Assembly: GCA_003563465.1 (NCBI GenBank)
Contig: PWVH01000050.1
Span: forward strand, 753-64,752
Length of the DNA stretch: 64,000 bases
Source of the DNA: Coriobacteriaceae bacterium
GTDB taxonomy: Bacteria; Actinomycetota; Coriobacteriia; Anaerosomatales; SLCP01
Direction of reading: 5' to 3'
Shown: positions 46,770-56,776 of the stretch, piece by piece
How the letters are laid out: each line of letters begins with the position of its first letter
Position numbering within the stretch: the first letter of the stretch is position 1
The notes under the pieces: model-generated
Seen by the model: the letters and a program-made list of their open reading frames with translations, nothing else
Told to the model about the DNA's origin: nothing
The model's database searches: none
Translations under genes and position numbers: made by a program

Positions 46770-48042
46770 CGGGAGCCTCCCTGCGTTCGGCCGGGCTTAC
46801 CGCACGGACGGTGAGCTTGATGATGCGCGTTCCCTGCATCTCCTCCACCGTCAAACACAGACCTTCGATCTCCACTCTCTCTCCCACATCCGGAATGTGA
46901 CCTGCAACCTCAGTGAAGACACCACCTACCGTATCGGCATCCAGGTCGATCGCTGTGTCGAAGAGGCCGTTCAGATCATCGACAGGCAGCCTCGCATCCA
47001 CGAGCAAGCTCCCGTTCCCCTGATCGACGACCAGGGCAACCTCGGAGTCGTACTCGTCGAAGATCTCACCGACAATCTCCTCAAGAAGATCTTCGATGGT
47101 GACCAGACCTGCAGTGCCACCGTACTCGTCAGCTACCATCGCGATGTGCGCACGCGAACGCATCTCCGCCAACAGCTCTTGAACCGGTTTGGTCTCCGGG
47201 ACGAAGAAAGCAGGGCGCGCGATTCGTGCGGGCACTACCGCCGGGTCGCGCGCTATCGCGGCAAGCAAGTCCTTGGCATAGAGAACGCCGTGGATGTCGT
47301 CGAGGGTGTCGTGATAGACAGGCAGACGAGAATATCCTTGGTCCTCGATGACCTCTATTGCTTCTGCGGCGGTCGCGGTGTCTGGCAAACAGGTCATATC
47401 GGTTCGCGGAACCATGACCTCTCGAACTATCTTCTCCCCGAATCCGCTGACCGCTTCGAGAAGGGCCTCCTCGGTTTCTTCGCGGACACCTTCCTCATCG
47501 TCTGTTCCGCCGTTAGCCCGCAGCTCGCTGTCACCGGCCCATGTCGAATAAGCCGGACCCTCGCCTATCGCAAGACGCATCGCCCAACGCCACGGGGCAT
47601 TCAAGGCTCTGGCCAGCGGATAGAGAAGCGGAACGATACGCGTCACTACCGGGGCGAAGGCAAGTGCAACTCCCTCAGGGTTCTGCGCAGCGAGAGTACG
47701 TGGAAGCGCATCTCCGAAAGCGAAGAAGACGACAAGCCCGATCGCAGCACCCGTTGCGGCAGCGATCCAATCGGGCCATGTATCGTACGCGACAAGCACG
47801 CTGATAGCAGAAAGCGCGGCGCCGACTGTATACGCAAGTGCAGTAGCCATGGATGCCGAAGCATGCATGCGACCGGGATTCTCGAAGAGCTTCTCCAGCG
47901 CCACGGCGCCCTTGCGTTCCGACTCGACAAGACGGAGCACACGCCCACGACTTATGTGTGAAGCCGCAGCCTCCTCGGCTGACATTATCGCCTTGACCGC
48001 CAGGACCGAGACGATGGAGAAGACTATGATCGCTACTAGCAA
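46762..48042 (-). CDS. CNNM/HlyC-CorC family transporter (DUF21 - CBS pair - CorC_HlyC)
   Basis: 426 aa. It has an N-terminal 4-TM region, VMVPRTDM, a CBS pair, the [25 protein letters not shown] motif and a C-terminal transporter-associated domain. Confidence 0.88.
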   Translation of the reverse strand: MLVAIIVFSIVSVLAVKAIMSAEEAAASHISRGRVLRLVESERKGAVALEKLFENPGRMHASASMATALAYTVGAALSAISVLVAYDTWPDWIAAATGAAIGLVVFFAFGDALPRTLAAQNPEGVALAFAPVVTRIVPLLYPLARALNAPWRWAMRLAIGEGPAYSTWAGDSELRANGGTDDEEGVREETEEALLEAVSGFGEKIVREVMVPRTDMTCLPDTATAAEAIEVIEDQGYSRLPVYHDTLDDIHGVLYAKDLLAAIARDPAVVPARIARPAFFVPETKPVQELLAEMRSRAHIAMVADEYGGTAGLVTIEDLLEEIVGEIFDEYDSEVALVVDQGNGSLLVDARLPVDDLNGLFDTAIDLDADTVGGVFTEVAGHIPDVGERVEIEGLCLTVEEMQGTRIIKLTVRAVSPAERREAPDA

Positions 48043-48067
48043 GGATATCTCCTGTGAGATTCAGTTC

Positions 48068-48769
48068 TCAGAAGAAGAATACCTGAAACACAGCGGTCGT
48101 GATGAGGAATCCTACAAGGATTCCGAACACTACCTGCGGAACGGTATGCGTCTCGTTCTCCACACGACTCTGTGCGACCAACGCCGTGATGAACAGCGCG
48201 AGCACCGCTGCAGCAGGTTCTCGAGTCGCATATCCGATGGCAGCCGCCGCAGCTGCTGCCAACGCCGTATGGCCGGATGGCCAGCCTCCACGCAAGAAGG
48301 TGCCCTCGTGCGTAAGCGCCTTGACGACCACGACTGCAAGTGCAGTGAGTCCCAAGGATATCACCGTCAGATGCACCGAGGACTGGCTTACGATCTCGAA
48401 GCCTTCGGCGACCAACGCACGCATCGGATCGAAGAACACAAGGTAGCCGACTGACAGGGCGATTAACGAGGCCACCAGCACGCCGCCCGCCGCGACGTCC
48501 TTTGCTATCTTGGCCTTCGGGTCGAAACGCTCCACGGTCAGATCGATGGTGTTCTCTATGGCGGTGTTGACCAACTCCGCCGTCAACACGAATCCGATAG
48601 CGAACAGAAGGGCTACCATCTCCAGCCGCGAAACGTCCAGCAACACCGCGACGACCAGGACTCCGATGGCCGCGGACACGTGAACGCGCATGTTGCGCTG
48701 GGTGCGCAGCGTATGAGCGATCCCTTCGATCGCGTAGTGGAAACTCCAAAACAGTGACCGGCTTCTCAC
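48068..48769 (-). CDS. dgkA: Fusion of prokaryotic diacylglycerol/undecaprenol kinase (DgkA) and a PAP2 phosphatase domain
   Basis: The ORF is open to 48928, but the GTG at 48769 (GAGGGGG 4 nt upstream) follows the ybeY stop. The DgkA part has FHYAIEGIAHTLRTQRNMRVH...TAELVNTAIENTIDL. The PAP2 part has WPSGH and SRVENETHTVPQV. Confidence 0.8.
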   Translation of the reverse strand: MRSRSLFWSFHYAIEGIAHTLRTQRNMRVHVSAAIGVLVVAVLLDVSRLEMVALLFAIGFVLTAELVNTAIENTIDLTVERFDPKAKIAKDVAAGGVLVASLIALSVGYLVFFDPMRALVAEGFEIVSQSSVHLTVISLGLTALAVVVVKALTHEGTFLRGGWPSGHTALAAAAAAAIGYATREPAAAVLALFITALVAQSRVENETHTVPQVVFGILVGFLITTAVFQVFFF

Positions 48770-48779
48770 CGGTTCCCCC

Positions 48780-49226
48780 TCATAGGCTCTCTGCGTATGC
48801 CTCGAGGAGCCCTTGTTCGCGTGCGCGCATGACTTCTGCATCTTCTTCGGTGTCGTGCGTGTAGCCGAGAAGATGCAGTACACCGTGCACGAGCAGGAGA
48901 TTGAGTTCCTCCTCGATCGTATGGCCATGTTCGGACGCTTGCTGCTCGGCCATCTCTGGCGCGATGACCACGTCTCCCAAAGTTACCGGCTCGTCGCTCT
49001 CTGTGGCACACGGATCGTCACAGCCGAAGGAGAGCACGTCCGTCGGACCCTCCACGCCTCGGAAACGCTCGTTCAAAGAAGCCATCTCCTCTATGTCCAC
49101 CACAGCGAGCGAAAGCTCTGCCGCTAGAGGCACGTCCTCGCGATCGAGCACGAACTCCGCGATGCGCTCAAAAGCCGTGAGATCAAGTGGTTCAGGATCC
49201 CTGTGACTAGTGATGCTGATGTGCAT
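48780..49226 (-). CDS. ybeY: Endoribonuclease YbeY (rRNA maturation)
   Basis: It has the metal site HGVLHLLGYTHD. The ATG at 49226 has GGAGG upstream. The ORF is open to 49328. Confidence 0.9.
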   Translation of the reverse strand: MHISITSHRDPEPLDLTAFERIAEFVLDREDVPLAAELSLAVVDIEEMASLNERFRGVEGPTDVLSFGCDDPCATESDEPVTLGDVVIAPEMAEQQASEHGHTIEEELNLLLVHGVLHLLGYTHDTEEDAEVMRAREQGLLEAYAESL

Positions 49227-51312
49227 ACACTTGCCTCCGCGGCTTCGTCTCTGGGTAATCGACGCGACGATGGTACACGCTTGCAAGCATCTTGGAGTAG
49301 ACCTGCATGACCTTCTCAAGATCGGCAAGGGTCAATTCCGAGTCGTGCAGCTGGCCGTCGGCCATCTTGTCCTCAACCACTCTGCGAACCGCCGTCTCGA
49401 TGCGAGTCGGGGATGGCTTCTTCAGTGAGCGCACGGTGGCTTCTGCCGCATCCGCCAACATCACCAAGGCGGCTTCACGAGATTGCGGACGTGAGAACGT
49501 ATACCTGTAGTCCGTCTCGACCACGGCGACATCGGTCTCAGACTCCGCGGCCTTGTTGTAGAAGTAGCTCACTAGCGAGTCGCCATGATGCTGTTCGATG
49601 ATGTCGACGACTTCGGGAGGTAGGCGATACTCCTTCGCAAGCTCGAGACCCTCTCGTACATGAGCGGTGATGATGATCGCAGACAGGCTTGGCGTGGTCG
49701 AATCATGCGGGTTCTCCGGCCCGGTCTGGTTTTCGATGAAGAATTCGGGGCGCCGGAGCTTACCGACATCGTGGTAGTAAGCGCCCACACGAGCTAGAAG
49801 CGGGTTCGCGCCGACTTCTTCTGCAGCCGCTTCCGCAAGGTTGCCTGCCAGAACCGAATGGCTGTACGTGCCGGGAGCTTCCATCATCAGGCGACGTATC
49901 AGCGAATGAGCGGGGCTTGCCAGTTCCAACAGCCGCACGTCGGAGGTCACTCCGAACACGTGCTCGAAGAGCGGCAACAGGCCGTAGCCTGCTACCACGG
50001 CAAAGACACCGCCCAAAGCCCCGTTTCCGGCTGCGCTAAGCGCCTCTCGTGCTCCCGAACCTCCCGCCAGCGTCGCCACACCGGCAAGAACAGCTCCTGA
50101 AGCGACCAGGAACACCCCCACGTGGAAGAAGCGAGGGCGGTCAGTCATGAACGACATGGCCACCACTGCAAGCACAGCCCAAAGCAGCATGGCTATGATG
50201 CTGGCGCCACCGGAGAAACCCAGCAGGACGCCAACCACCGTAGTGAGCACCGCAGTAAGCAGCCCTGCCCGCGCATCCACGAGCAAGGTTGCAAGCATCG
50301 CGGGCAAAGGTACCGGCAACAGATAGAGGGACACCTCGGGGAAGAACCACAAAATCGCACGCGTGACCCAGGCGGCGCCTAGTAGAAGTACTGCGACAAG
50401 AACAACGTCTCGCGTGCGGTCGAACACAGGGCGGTCGAAGCGCCAGAGATATGCAAGAGCAGCGCCGACGGCCACGCACGCCAGAAGGACTGCAGCTGCC
50501 AGCGAGGGGAACGATCCACCCTGATCGAGCAAACCCAGGCGGCGGATGATCTCCAGGTGGTCTGAGGTGACGATCTCGCCGCGCTGAACGATGTTGTCAC
50601 CAACCTGCTTAATGATCACGGTCGGGTCGATGCTCTCGGCAGCTGCAGCCCTTGCTGCCTCCGTGGCGACGGCGTCAAGTGATAGGGTCGGCCGGACACT
50701 GGCCGAAACGATTTCCTCCATGGCGTTGCGAATAGGTGGGCTCATCGGCAAACTCTGAGCGCTCTCGTTCACCTGTTCGTAGACCGAATCCATCTCTTCA
50801 ACCGAAAAGCGTCGCGACAGCACGGTCGTCGCCAGCTGCTCAGACGCACGGGCCGAGCGGTTGAAGGTGGTCTCATCCGCCGCAAGCAAAGCCTCTATCC
50901 ATTCGGAATCCAGATGCGGGTACTCCGCGGATAGCGTGACCAGAGTGGCTGTAGGCTCCTCCGAATAGGCACCACGCACGGACCTGAAACTCTCGAAGAC
51001 CGATGATACGTCGCCACGTGCCTCGGCCAGCACGGTGGGATCGAAAACCGTCACAGGCTCGACGGATTCTGCAGCCTCCGCACGGGCCCTCTCGGTAGCC
51101 TCCTCGTCGACAAACTGCACAGTTCGATTCGCACGGAAGGTGCGGGGTGCGGGTTCTCCTTCGGTCAGCCCAACCGGCGGTGTTTGCAGCACCAACGGGA
51201 AGGAGATCAGCACGAGAGTAACCAGCGCGAGTCCGGCTCTCATAATCAAGGCTTTGCGGCGGCGGTCACCCTGGAACACAGAGTGCCGAACGCGATCCAG
51301 AATCTTACTCAT
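49207..51312 (-). CDS. pgpH: 7TM-receptor HD-domain phosphohydrolase (PgpH/YqfF-like)
   Basis: About 700 aa. It has an extracellular N-terminal domain, 7 TM helices, and the C-terminal HD domain HSVLAGNLAEAAA...YYHDVGK. The ATG at 51312 overlaps the phoH stop. Confidence 0.85.
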   Translation of the reverse strand: MSKILDRVRHSVFQGDRRRKALIMRAGLALVTLVLISFPLVLQTPPVGLTEGEPAPRTFRANRTVQFVDEEATERARAEAAESVEPVTVFDPTVLAEARGDVSSVFESFRSVRGAYSEEPTATLVTLSAEYPHLDSEWIEALLAADETTFNRSARASEQLATTVLSRRFSVEEMDSVYEQVNESAQSLPMSPPIRNAMEEIVSASVRPTLSLDAVATEAARAAAAESIDPTVIIKQVGDNIVQRGEIVTSDHLEIIRRLGLLDQGGSFPSLAAAVLLACVAVGAALAYLWRFDRPVFDRTRDVVLVAVLLLGAAWVTRAILWFFPEVSLYLLPVPLPAMLATLLVDARAGLLTAVLTTVVGVLLGFSGGASIIAMLLWAVLAVVAMSFMTDRPRFFHVGVFLVASGAVLAGVATLAGGSGAREALSAAGNGALGGVFAVVAGYGLLPLFEHVFGVTSDVRLLELASPAHSLIRRLMMEAPGTYSHSVLAGNLAEAAAEEVGANPLLARVGAYYHDVGKLRRPEFFIENQTGPENPHDSTTPSLSAIIITAHVREGLELAKEYRLPPEVVDIIEQHHGDSLVSYFYNKAAESETDVAVVETDYRYTFSRPQSREAALVMLADAAEATVRSLKKPSPTRIETAVRRVVEDKMADGQLHDSELTLADLEKVMQVYSKMLASVYHRRVDYPETKPRRQVYAHQHH

Positions 51313-52276
51313 CGCCAGTTGTCTTTCCCAGCTCTTCATACTCGTGATACGCGGTCACGATACGCTGCACCAACTTGTGGCGAACCACATCTCTCGATCC
51401 CAGTTCACAGAAGGTGACCCCCGGCACACTCGCGAGCACCTCACGCACCTGCTTCAGTCCCGAGACACCTCTAGGCAGGTCTATCTGAGTGACATCACCG
51501 GTGACCACGACTTTGGAGCCGAAGCCAAGACGAGTAAGGAACATCTTCATCTGCTCGGGAGAGGTGTTCTGCGCCTCATCGAGAACAATGAAACTGTCAT
51601 TCAAAGTGCGGCCGCGCATGAATGCCAACGGCGCCACTTCGATGACACCACGCTCCATGAGCTGTTGGGACTTTTCAATGTCCATCATGTCGAACAGCGC
51701 ATCGTAGAGCGGGCGTAGGTAGGGGTCCACTTTCTCGAACAGCGTCCCAGGAAGGTATCCCAGATTCTCCCCGGCCTCAACCGCCGGGCGCGTCAGGATG
51801 ATTCGACCCACCTCGCGCTTCTTAAGCGCATCGACAGCCATCGCCATGGCAAGATAGGTCTTCCCGGTACCTGCAGGGCCGATGGCGAAAGTCACCGTGC
51901 TACTACGTATGGCGTCCACATAACGCTTCTGACCGGCCGTCTTCGGTCTTAGCGCCTTACCCTTGTGCGTCAGCAGGACGTCCGAGTACAGTGCACTCGG
52001 ACTACATTCGCCGCTCTTCAGCATGTCGATAGTGCGCTCGAGGTTCTCAGGCGTCAGGCTCTCGCCCTTCTCCACCAACGCGATCATCTCGGTGAACAGC
52101 GAAGAAACTGCCTGGCCCTCTGTGGATTGGCCTGAGATTGTTATCTGGTTGCCACGCACGGAGATTTCGGACTCGAACTGGTCCTCGATGAGCCGCAGGA
52201 GCCCGTCGCCCTGGCCCAGGAGGTCCATCATATTCAGCTCCGGCGGGACGACGAGACGTATCTGGGTCGGTTCCAC
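51305..52276 (-). CDS. phoH: PhoH-like ATPase
   Basis: 323 aa. It has Walker A GPAGTGKTYLA, and also FIVLDEAQN and VVTGDVTQIDLP. Confidence 0.93.
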   Translation of the reverse strand: MEPTQIRLVVPPELNMMDLLGQGDGLLRLIEDQFESEISVRGNQITISGQSTEGQAVSSLFTEMIALVEKGESLTPENLERTIDMLKSGECSPSALYSDVLLTHKGKALRPKTAGQKRYVDAIRSSTVTFAIGPAGTGKTYLAMAMAVDALKKREVGRIILTRPAVEAGENLGYLPGTLFEKVDPYLRPLYDALFDMMDIEKSQQLMERGVIEVAPLAFMRGRTLNDSFIVLDEAQNTSPEQMKMFLTRLGFGSKVVVTGDVTQIDLPRGVSGLKQVREVLASVPGVTFCELGSRDVVRHKLVQRIVTAYHEYEELGKTTGDE

Positions 52277-52368
52277 CTATCGTGCACCTTCTGTCGTATC
52301 GTCGTGCCGGGCGTTCCCCGGCATCAGCGGGAGGGTCACTCTGACTCCTGCCGCACTTCATGATTCTA

Positions 52369-53697
52369 TCACGCAAGGCTATTCGCACCTGGGAAAACGA
52401 CCTTCCCGACTACATGATCCGGCCGCTTGGACGAAAGCCTGACTTCCACCAAATCACCGGGTGGATAACCCATGCCAGCGAAGCGAACTCTCAGATAGTC
52501 CTCGGTCGTTCCCTCGGCCACCGACTCCTCATCCTCGGTCAACACCTTCTCGACCAAAACCTCTGCAGTGCCTCCCAAACGCGAGTCAGTATACTCGTCC
52601 GAAAGCCGCCTGCCAGCCTCGCGTAGCCGGGCTGCGCGCTTGGAGATCACGTTCGGCTTCACCTGATCGGGCATCGCAGCTGCCCGAGTTCCCTTCCGGC
52701 GCGAGTAGCGGAAGACATGCAGCCGTGCGAAACGGAGTCTTTCCACGGCATCGAGGGTGGCAATCGCGTCCGAGTGCCTCTCGCCGGGAAACCCTGCGAT
52801 AACGTCCGTCGTGACAGCCACACCTGGAAGAGCCTGGCGTAGCATCTCTATCCGCGCTGAAAACTCTCCGACCTCGTAGCCCCTCCCCATAGCAGCGAGA
52901 ACCGCGTCGGAGCCGGACTGCAGCGGAACATGAAGATGAGGGCAGAGCGCTGAAATCATCGATAAGGTCTCGATTAGGCGCTCGGTTAAATCTGGCGGTT
53001 CTATGCTGGACAAACGTAATCGCCTGACCCCGGTGGCCGCAACCGCGCACAGCAGTTCCGGTAAGTCCGAGCTGTCGTCCGCATACCTTCCGAGGTTGAT
53101 TCCGGATAACACCACCTCGGCCGCGTCTGCCGCCACAAGGTCTTCGACCTGACGCACAACCTCTCTTGCGGGCACTGACTGCGGAAGTCCTCGAACTAGA
53201 GGGACTATGCAGTATGCGCAGAAGCGGTCGCATCCGTCCTCGACCTTGATCACGACCCGGCTGCGGAAACCCTCACCCGTACTCCTCGTGGCGCAAGAAC
53301 GGTCGCACACATTGTCGATCCCCAGCAGAGAACCTACTGCGCCAGGTACCCGTGACTTGTCGGGCTCGACCCGCACTTTCCTGCCGAGAGCTGCTAGCCC
53401 GTCGGGGTCCCTAACCGCAAGGCAACCGGTGACGACCACCGTCGGCCGCCTGGGCAGACTGAGTGCGCGGCGAACCTCTTTTCGCGCCTTGCGATCAGCC
53501 TCAGCAGTGACCGTACAAGTGTTCACGACCACAGCGTCGGCTTCCTTCTCCGGCACCAGGTTGGCACCGGCTTCAAGGAGCATCGCTGCGATTCCATCGC
53601 TCTCCGCACGGTTCACCTTGCAGCCGAGGGTCCGAAATGCAACGGCCCAGGATGTCGCCGAACGCACCGTAACGTCCTCAGCCACGCTCGCGACCAC
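52369..53697 (-). CDS. mtaB: Radical-SAM methylthiotransferase, MtaB-type (MiaB family)
   Basis: 442 aa. It has the N-terminal UPF0004 cysteines (GCKVN...NTCTVT...TGC), the radical SAM CDRFCAYCIVP motif and a C-terminal TRAM domain. Synteny is after rsmE, as for B. subtilis yqeV. Confidence 0.85.
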   Translation of the reverse strand: MVASVAEDVTVRSATSWAVAFRTLGCKVNRAESDGIAAMLLEAGANLVPEKEADAVVVNTCTVTAEADRKARKEVRRALSLPRRPTVVVTGCLAVRDPDGLAALGRKVRVEPDKSRVPGAVGSLLGIDNVCDRSCATRSTGEGFRSRVVIKVEDGCDRFCAYCIVPLVRGLPQSVPAREVVRQVEDLVAADAAEVVLSGINLGRYADDSSDLPELLCAVAATGVRRLRLSSIEPPDLTERLIETLSMISALCPHLHVPLQSGSDAVLAAMGRGYEVGEFSARIEMLRQALPGVAVTTDVIAGFPGERHSDAIATLDAVERLRFARLHVFRYSRRKGTRAAAMPDQVKPNVISKRAARLREAGRRLSDEYTDSRLGGTAEVLVEKVLTEDEESVAEGTTEDYLRVRFAGMGYPPGDLVEVRLSSKRPDHVVGKVVFPGANSLA

Positions 53698-54454
53698 CCA
53701 GTGCGCCGAGCTCGTATAGGCACAGCGCCACCGCTACGATCCCTGCAGTCTCCGACCGCAGGACCGTGCGACCCAAGGTGACGGCCCTGGCTCCAACTGC
53801 CTCGAGAGCGTACACTTCTTCGGCGGTCAGCCCTCCCTCGGGGCCGACCACTACAGCTACACGGCTGCCGCTGGTGACACCCATCTCATCCAACGCCTCG
53901 CCGATTCCCGGACCCGTCGCTGACGCTTCTTCCCAGGGGACCAGTACGGTGTCGAATGCCTCCGCTTCTTTGAGGATGTCTTTCAAGGGGACGGGATCGG
54001 CTATCTTCGGAATGCTGGTTCGCTCGGACTGTTTCGCTGCAGCTCGTGCGACACGCTGCCATCGCTCCGAACGCTTCAGACCCTTCTCGCCAGAGAGGCG
54101 AACCACGGACCGCTCGGTGATCACCGGCCGTATAGCCTCCACCCCGAGTTCGGTGACCTTCTCTACAACGAGATCCACTTTGTGCCCCTTAGAGACGCCC
54201 ATGACCAGTGTGAGTTGGAGCGTTTCCCCCTTACGCAGCGGCTCCCACAGTTCGGCAAAGACAGCACCCGTCTCTGTCCCGCTTACGCGCATAAGCCATG
54301 CATCACCCTCCGGCTCCACAACGGCGATCATATCCCCCGCCTTCATGCGAAGAACGGTCAACGCATGGTGGACGTCTGAAGCCGAAAGCGAAAGCTCGTG
54401 CGGGCCTCTTCCCTCAGGAAGGGGGGCGGTCAAGAAGAACCTGTTTTGTGACAT
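53678..54454 (-). CDS. rsmE: 16S rRNA (uracil1498-N3)-methyltransferase RsmE
   Basis: It begins MSQNRFFL... and has a C-terminal VVVGPEGGLTAEE...LGRTVLRSETAGI. The ATG at 54454 has GGAGGAG upstream. Confidence 0.88.
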   Translation of the reverse strand: MSQNRFFLTAPLPEGRGPHELSLSASDVHHALTVLRMKAGDMIAVVEPEGDAWLMRVSGTETGAVFAELWEPLRKGETLQLTLVMGVSKGHKVDLVVEKVTELGVEAIRPVITERSVVRLSGEKGLKRSERWQRVARAAAKQSERTSIPKIADPVPLKDILKEAEAFDTVLVPWEEASATGPGIGEALDEMGVTSGSRVAVVVGPEGGLTAEEVYALEAVGARAVTLGRTVLRSETAGIVAVALCLYELGALGGRERG

Positions 54455-54480
54455 CGCAGTCTCCTCCGCAGGTCCGACTT

Positions 54481-55602
54481 CTACCCGGAGAGCCAATCTT
54501 TGACTTTGTCGAAAGCTGTCGGACGTGCCTGCTCGCCCAAGGACTCAGCAAGTTCGCTCAGGACCTCGCGCTGGCGCTTGTTCAGCTTCCGAGGCACTTC
54601 CACTGCCGCATGAACTATCAAGTCCCCACGGCCAGAGCCTCGTAGCCTCGGCATGCCACCACCACGAACTCTGATGGTGTCACCGAACTGGGTACCCGAT
54701 GGCACCTTGACTTGCACGTCGCCGTTCAATCCTGGGAGGGTGATCTCGCCGCCCAATGCGGCCTCTGTCACCGAGATGGACACCCGTGCATGGAGATCGG
54801 TGCTTTCACGATGCAGGTAGTCGTGAGACGCGACGCGCACAGTCACGATCAAATCGCCTGAGCGGGCGCCTAGCATCCCAGCCTCTCCGCGTCCAGACAC
54901 CCCGATTTGCATGCCATCTTCGATCCCAGCGGGAATCTCCACCTCGACATGGTCCCGGTCAGGGACGCGTCCTTGGCCTTGGCATTCCCCACACGGGGAA
55001 GTTGCCACACGACCTGTCGCACCGCAGCGCTCGCAGGGGGAGAGGGTCTGCATGACGCCGATGAAGGTACGTCGTTCGGTACGTCGTTGACCGGCACCGC
55101 CACAGTCAGGGCAAGAAGACGGCGCGCTGCCGTCAGCCGATCCGGTGGCGCCGCATTCCTCGCACGGGACGAGACGATTCACCACCATATCCTTTGTGAC
55201 CCCAGCTGCCGCCTCCTCCAAGGTGATCGAGATCTGTACACCCATGTCGCGACCCTCGGTGCGTACCCGCCGCGATCCAGCGCCGCTCATGCCACCGAAG
55301 AACACGCTGAACAGGTCCTCCATGCCGAAGCCGCCGAAGAAGTCGCCCATATCGGCGCCAAAGCCACCGCTCATGCGTGGGTCGACCGTTCCGTACCGGT
55401 CGTACATCTCACGTTTGGCGGGGTCGGAGAGCACGTCATATGCCTCGTTGACGGCCTTGAAGCGCTCCTCCGCGTCGCCGTCGGAGCATACGTCTGGATG
55501 ACACTCCCGTGCACGACGGCGAAACGCCTTCTTGATCTCGTTGTCTGAAGCGTTGCGCTCCAGTCCTAGTATCGCGTAGTAGTCCTTGGTACCTGTGGAC
55601 AA
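54481..55602 (-). CDS. dnaJ: Chaperone DnaJ
   Basis: It has the J-domain KDYYAILGL...ECHPD, a G/F region and four CxxCxGxG zinc motifs. The TTG at 55602 has GGGAGGAG upstream. The ORF is open to 55650. Confidence 0.93.
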   Translation of the reverse strand: MSTGTKDYYAILGLERNASDNEIKKAFRRRARECHPDVCSDGDAEERFKAVNEAYDVLSDPAKREMYDRYGTVDPRMSGGFGADMGDFFGGFGMEDLFSVFFGGMSGAGSRRVRTEGRDMGVQISITLEEAAAGVTKDMVVNRLVPCEECGATGSADGSAPSSCPDCGGAGQRRTERRTFIGVMQTLSPCERCGATGRVATSPCGECQGQGRVPDRDHVEVEIPAGIEDGMQIGVSGRGEAGMLGARSGDLIVTVRVASHDYLHRESTDLHARVSISVTEAALGGEITLPGLNGDVQVKVPSGTQFGDTIRVRGGGMPRLRGSGRGDLIVHAAVEVPRKLNKRQREVLSELAESLGEQARPTAFDKVKDWLSG

Positions 55603-55662
55603 TGTTCTCCTCCCGGTTTGCTCACAGCTGCATCGGGACTCAGCGCGCACAGCGCGTATACG

Positions 55663-56691
55663 TTAGTCTCTCCCCGTACGGCCGCCCAGAGCCTCCGATA
55701 GGCCCTCGGCCACACAGTGCACCGCGCCTATCGAGCGCGAATAGTCCATTCGCGTGGGTCCTATGACGCCTACGATCCCGTCCGCGTTCTTCGAACCGTA
55801 CTTCGAGGCGACCAGGCTCATACGCCCCAGTTCACTCAATCGGTTCTCGCTGCCTATCCGCACGGTCAATCCCCCCGAACGGACTACCTCGGATAGCGCC
55901 TCGAGCATCACGAGACCGTCCTCCAGCATCAAGAGCAAAGGGCGTGCGACAGACGCGTCCGAGAACTCCGGCAAGTCGAGTAGTTCCGGCACTCCCACGT
56001 GATACAGGCGATCGCGGTCGGCCTCCTCGAGACAACCGATCACGTGCTCCATGATTTCGGCGAGCAGCCCGTCCTCCGGTCTCCCGGCCTCAGCGGCAGC
56101 GTGTAGGGGGCGGACATCACTTGCGCGCTTGTCGCTGAGCGCTGCGTTAAGCGCCCGTTCCACTTCAGCCAAACGTTCCGGTGTCACCTCACCGACCAGA
56201 TCCACATGCCGATTCACGACCTGTCCGCTCTCCGTGATTACGACCACCAGCGCTCGGTGCGCACTCATCGACAGCAAATCGACGCGGCGTATTCGCGAGA
56301 GCTCCAACGTGGGCGCCATCACCACTGCTACGTAGTGCGTCAGTTGCGAAAGCAGCATCGATGTTTGCCTCATCAGGCCATCGATCTCGCTTGCAAGATC
56401 CAGGTAGCGGTCTCTGATCTCAATAGCTTCCTCACTAAGCGGAAACTCGGAATCCAAGATGTCGTCGACGAAGGCACGGTACCCGGAATCGGTCGGTACC
56501 CTGCCTGAAGACACGTGGGGCTGATACACGTAGCCGGTTTCTTCGAGTGCAGCAAGCTCGTTCCGCGCCGTCGCGGGGCTGCAACCTAGTCTGTAGCACT
56601 CCACTAGGTGCTTGGAACCAACAGGTTGGCCACTGCTTATATACTCCTCCACCAGCGCTTTTAGCACCCGGCGCCTGCGGTCACTCAGCAT
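55663..56691 (-). CDS. hrcA: Heat-inducible transcription repressor HrcA
   Basis: It begins MLSDRRRRVLKALVEEYISSGQPVGSK. A CIRCE element lies upstream. The ORF is open to 56724. Confidence 0.92.
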   Translation of the reverse strand: MLSDRRRRVLKALVEEYISSGQPVGSKHLVECYRLGCSPATARNELAALEETGYVYQPHVSSGRVPTDSGYRAFVDDILDSEFPLSEEAIEIRDRYLDLASEIDGLMRQTSMLLSQLTHYVAVVMAPTLELSRIRRVDLLSMSAHRALVVVITESGQVVNRHVDLVGEVTPERLAEVERALNAALSDKRASDVRPLHAAAEAGRPEDGLLAEIMEHVIGCLEEADRDRLYHVGVPELLDLPEFSDASVARPLLLMLEDGLVMLEALSEVVRSGGLTVRIGSENRLSELGRMSLVASKYGSKNADGIVGVIGPTRMDYSRSIGAVHCVAEGLSEALGGRTGRD

Positions 56692-56749
56692 CGTCCTATC
56701 AACTCCGTATGGTACACGCACCACTTGTCGACTAGGGTATTCGGTCTCA

Positions 56750-56776
56750 TCAGCACTCGATTATAGCGAGTGCTAG
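56750..56776. promoter_or_regulatory. CIRCE operator (HrcA binding site), with a TATAAT box in its spacer on the minus strand
   Basis: TCAGCACTC-gattatagc-GAGTGCTAG matches the consensus TTAGCACTC-N9-GAGTGCTAA at 16/18 positions. The minus-strand spacer reads GCTATAATC. The element overlaps the hemW stop codon. Confidence 0.85.

Noticed and set aside
46708-47961. 417-aa plus-strand ORF
   Set aside because: It is antisense to the well-supported CNNM/CorC gene. It has no recognisable motifs and is a typical long antisense ORF of GC-rich DNA. The same reasoning applies to 3065..3907, 20748..21512, 36769..37509, 42706..43521, 53766..54503 and 62711..63571.
48036-48749. 237-aa minus-strand ORF in an alternate frame of the dgkA-PAP2 gene
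   Set aside because: It has an Arg/Gly-rich low-complexity translation. The other frame carries clear DgkA and PAP2 motifs.
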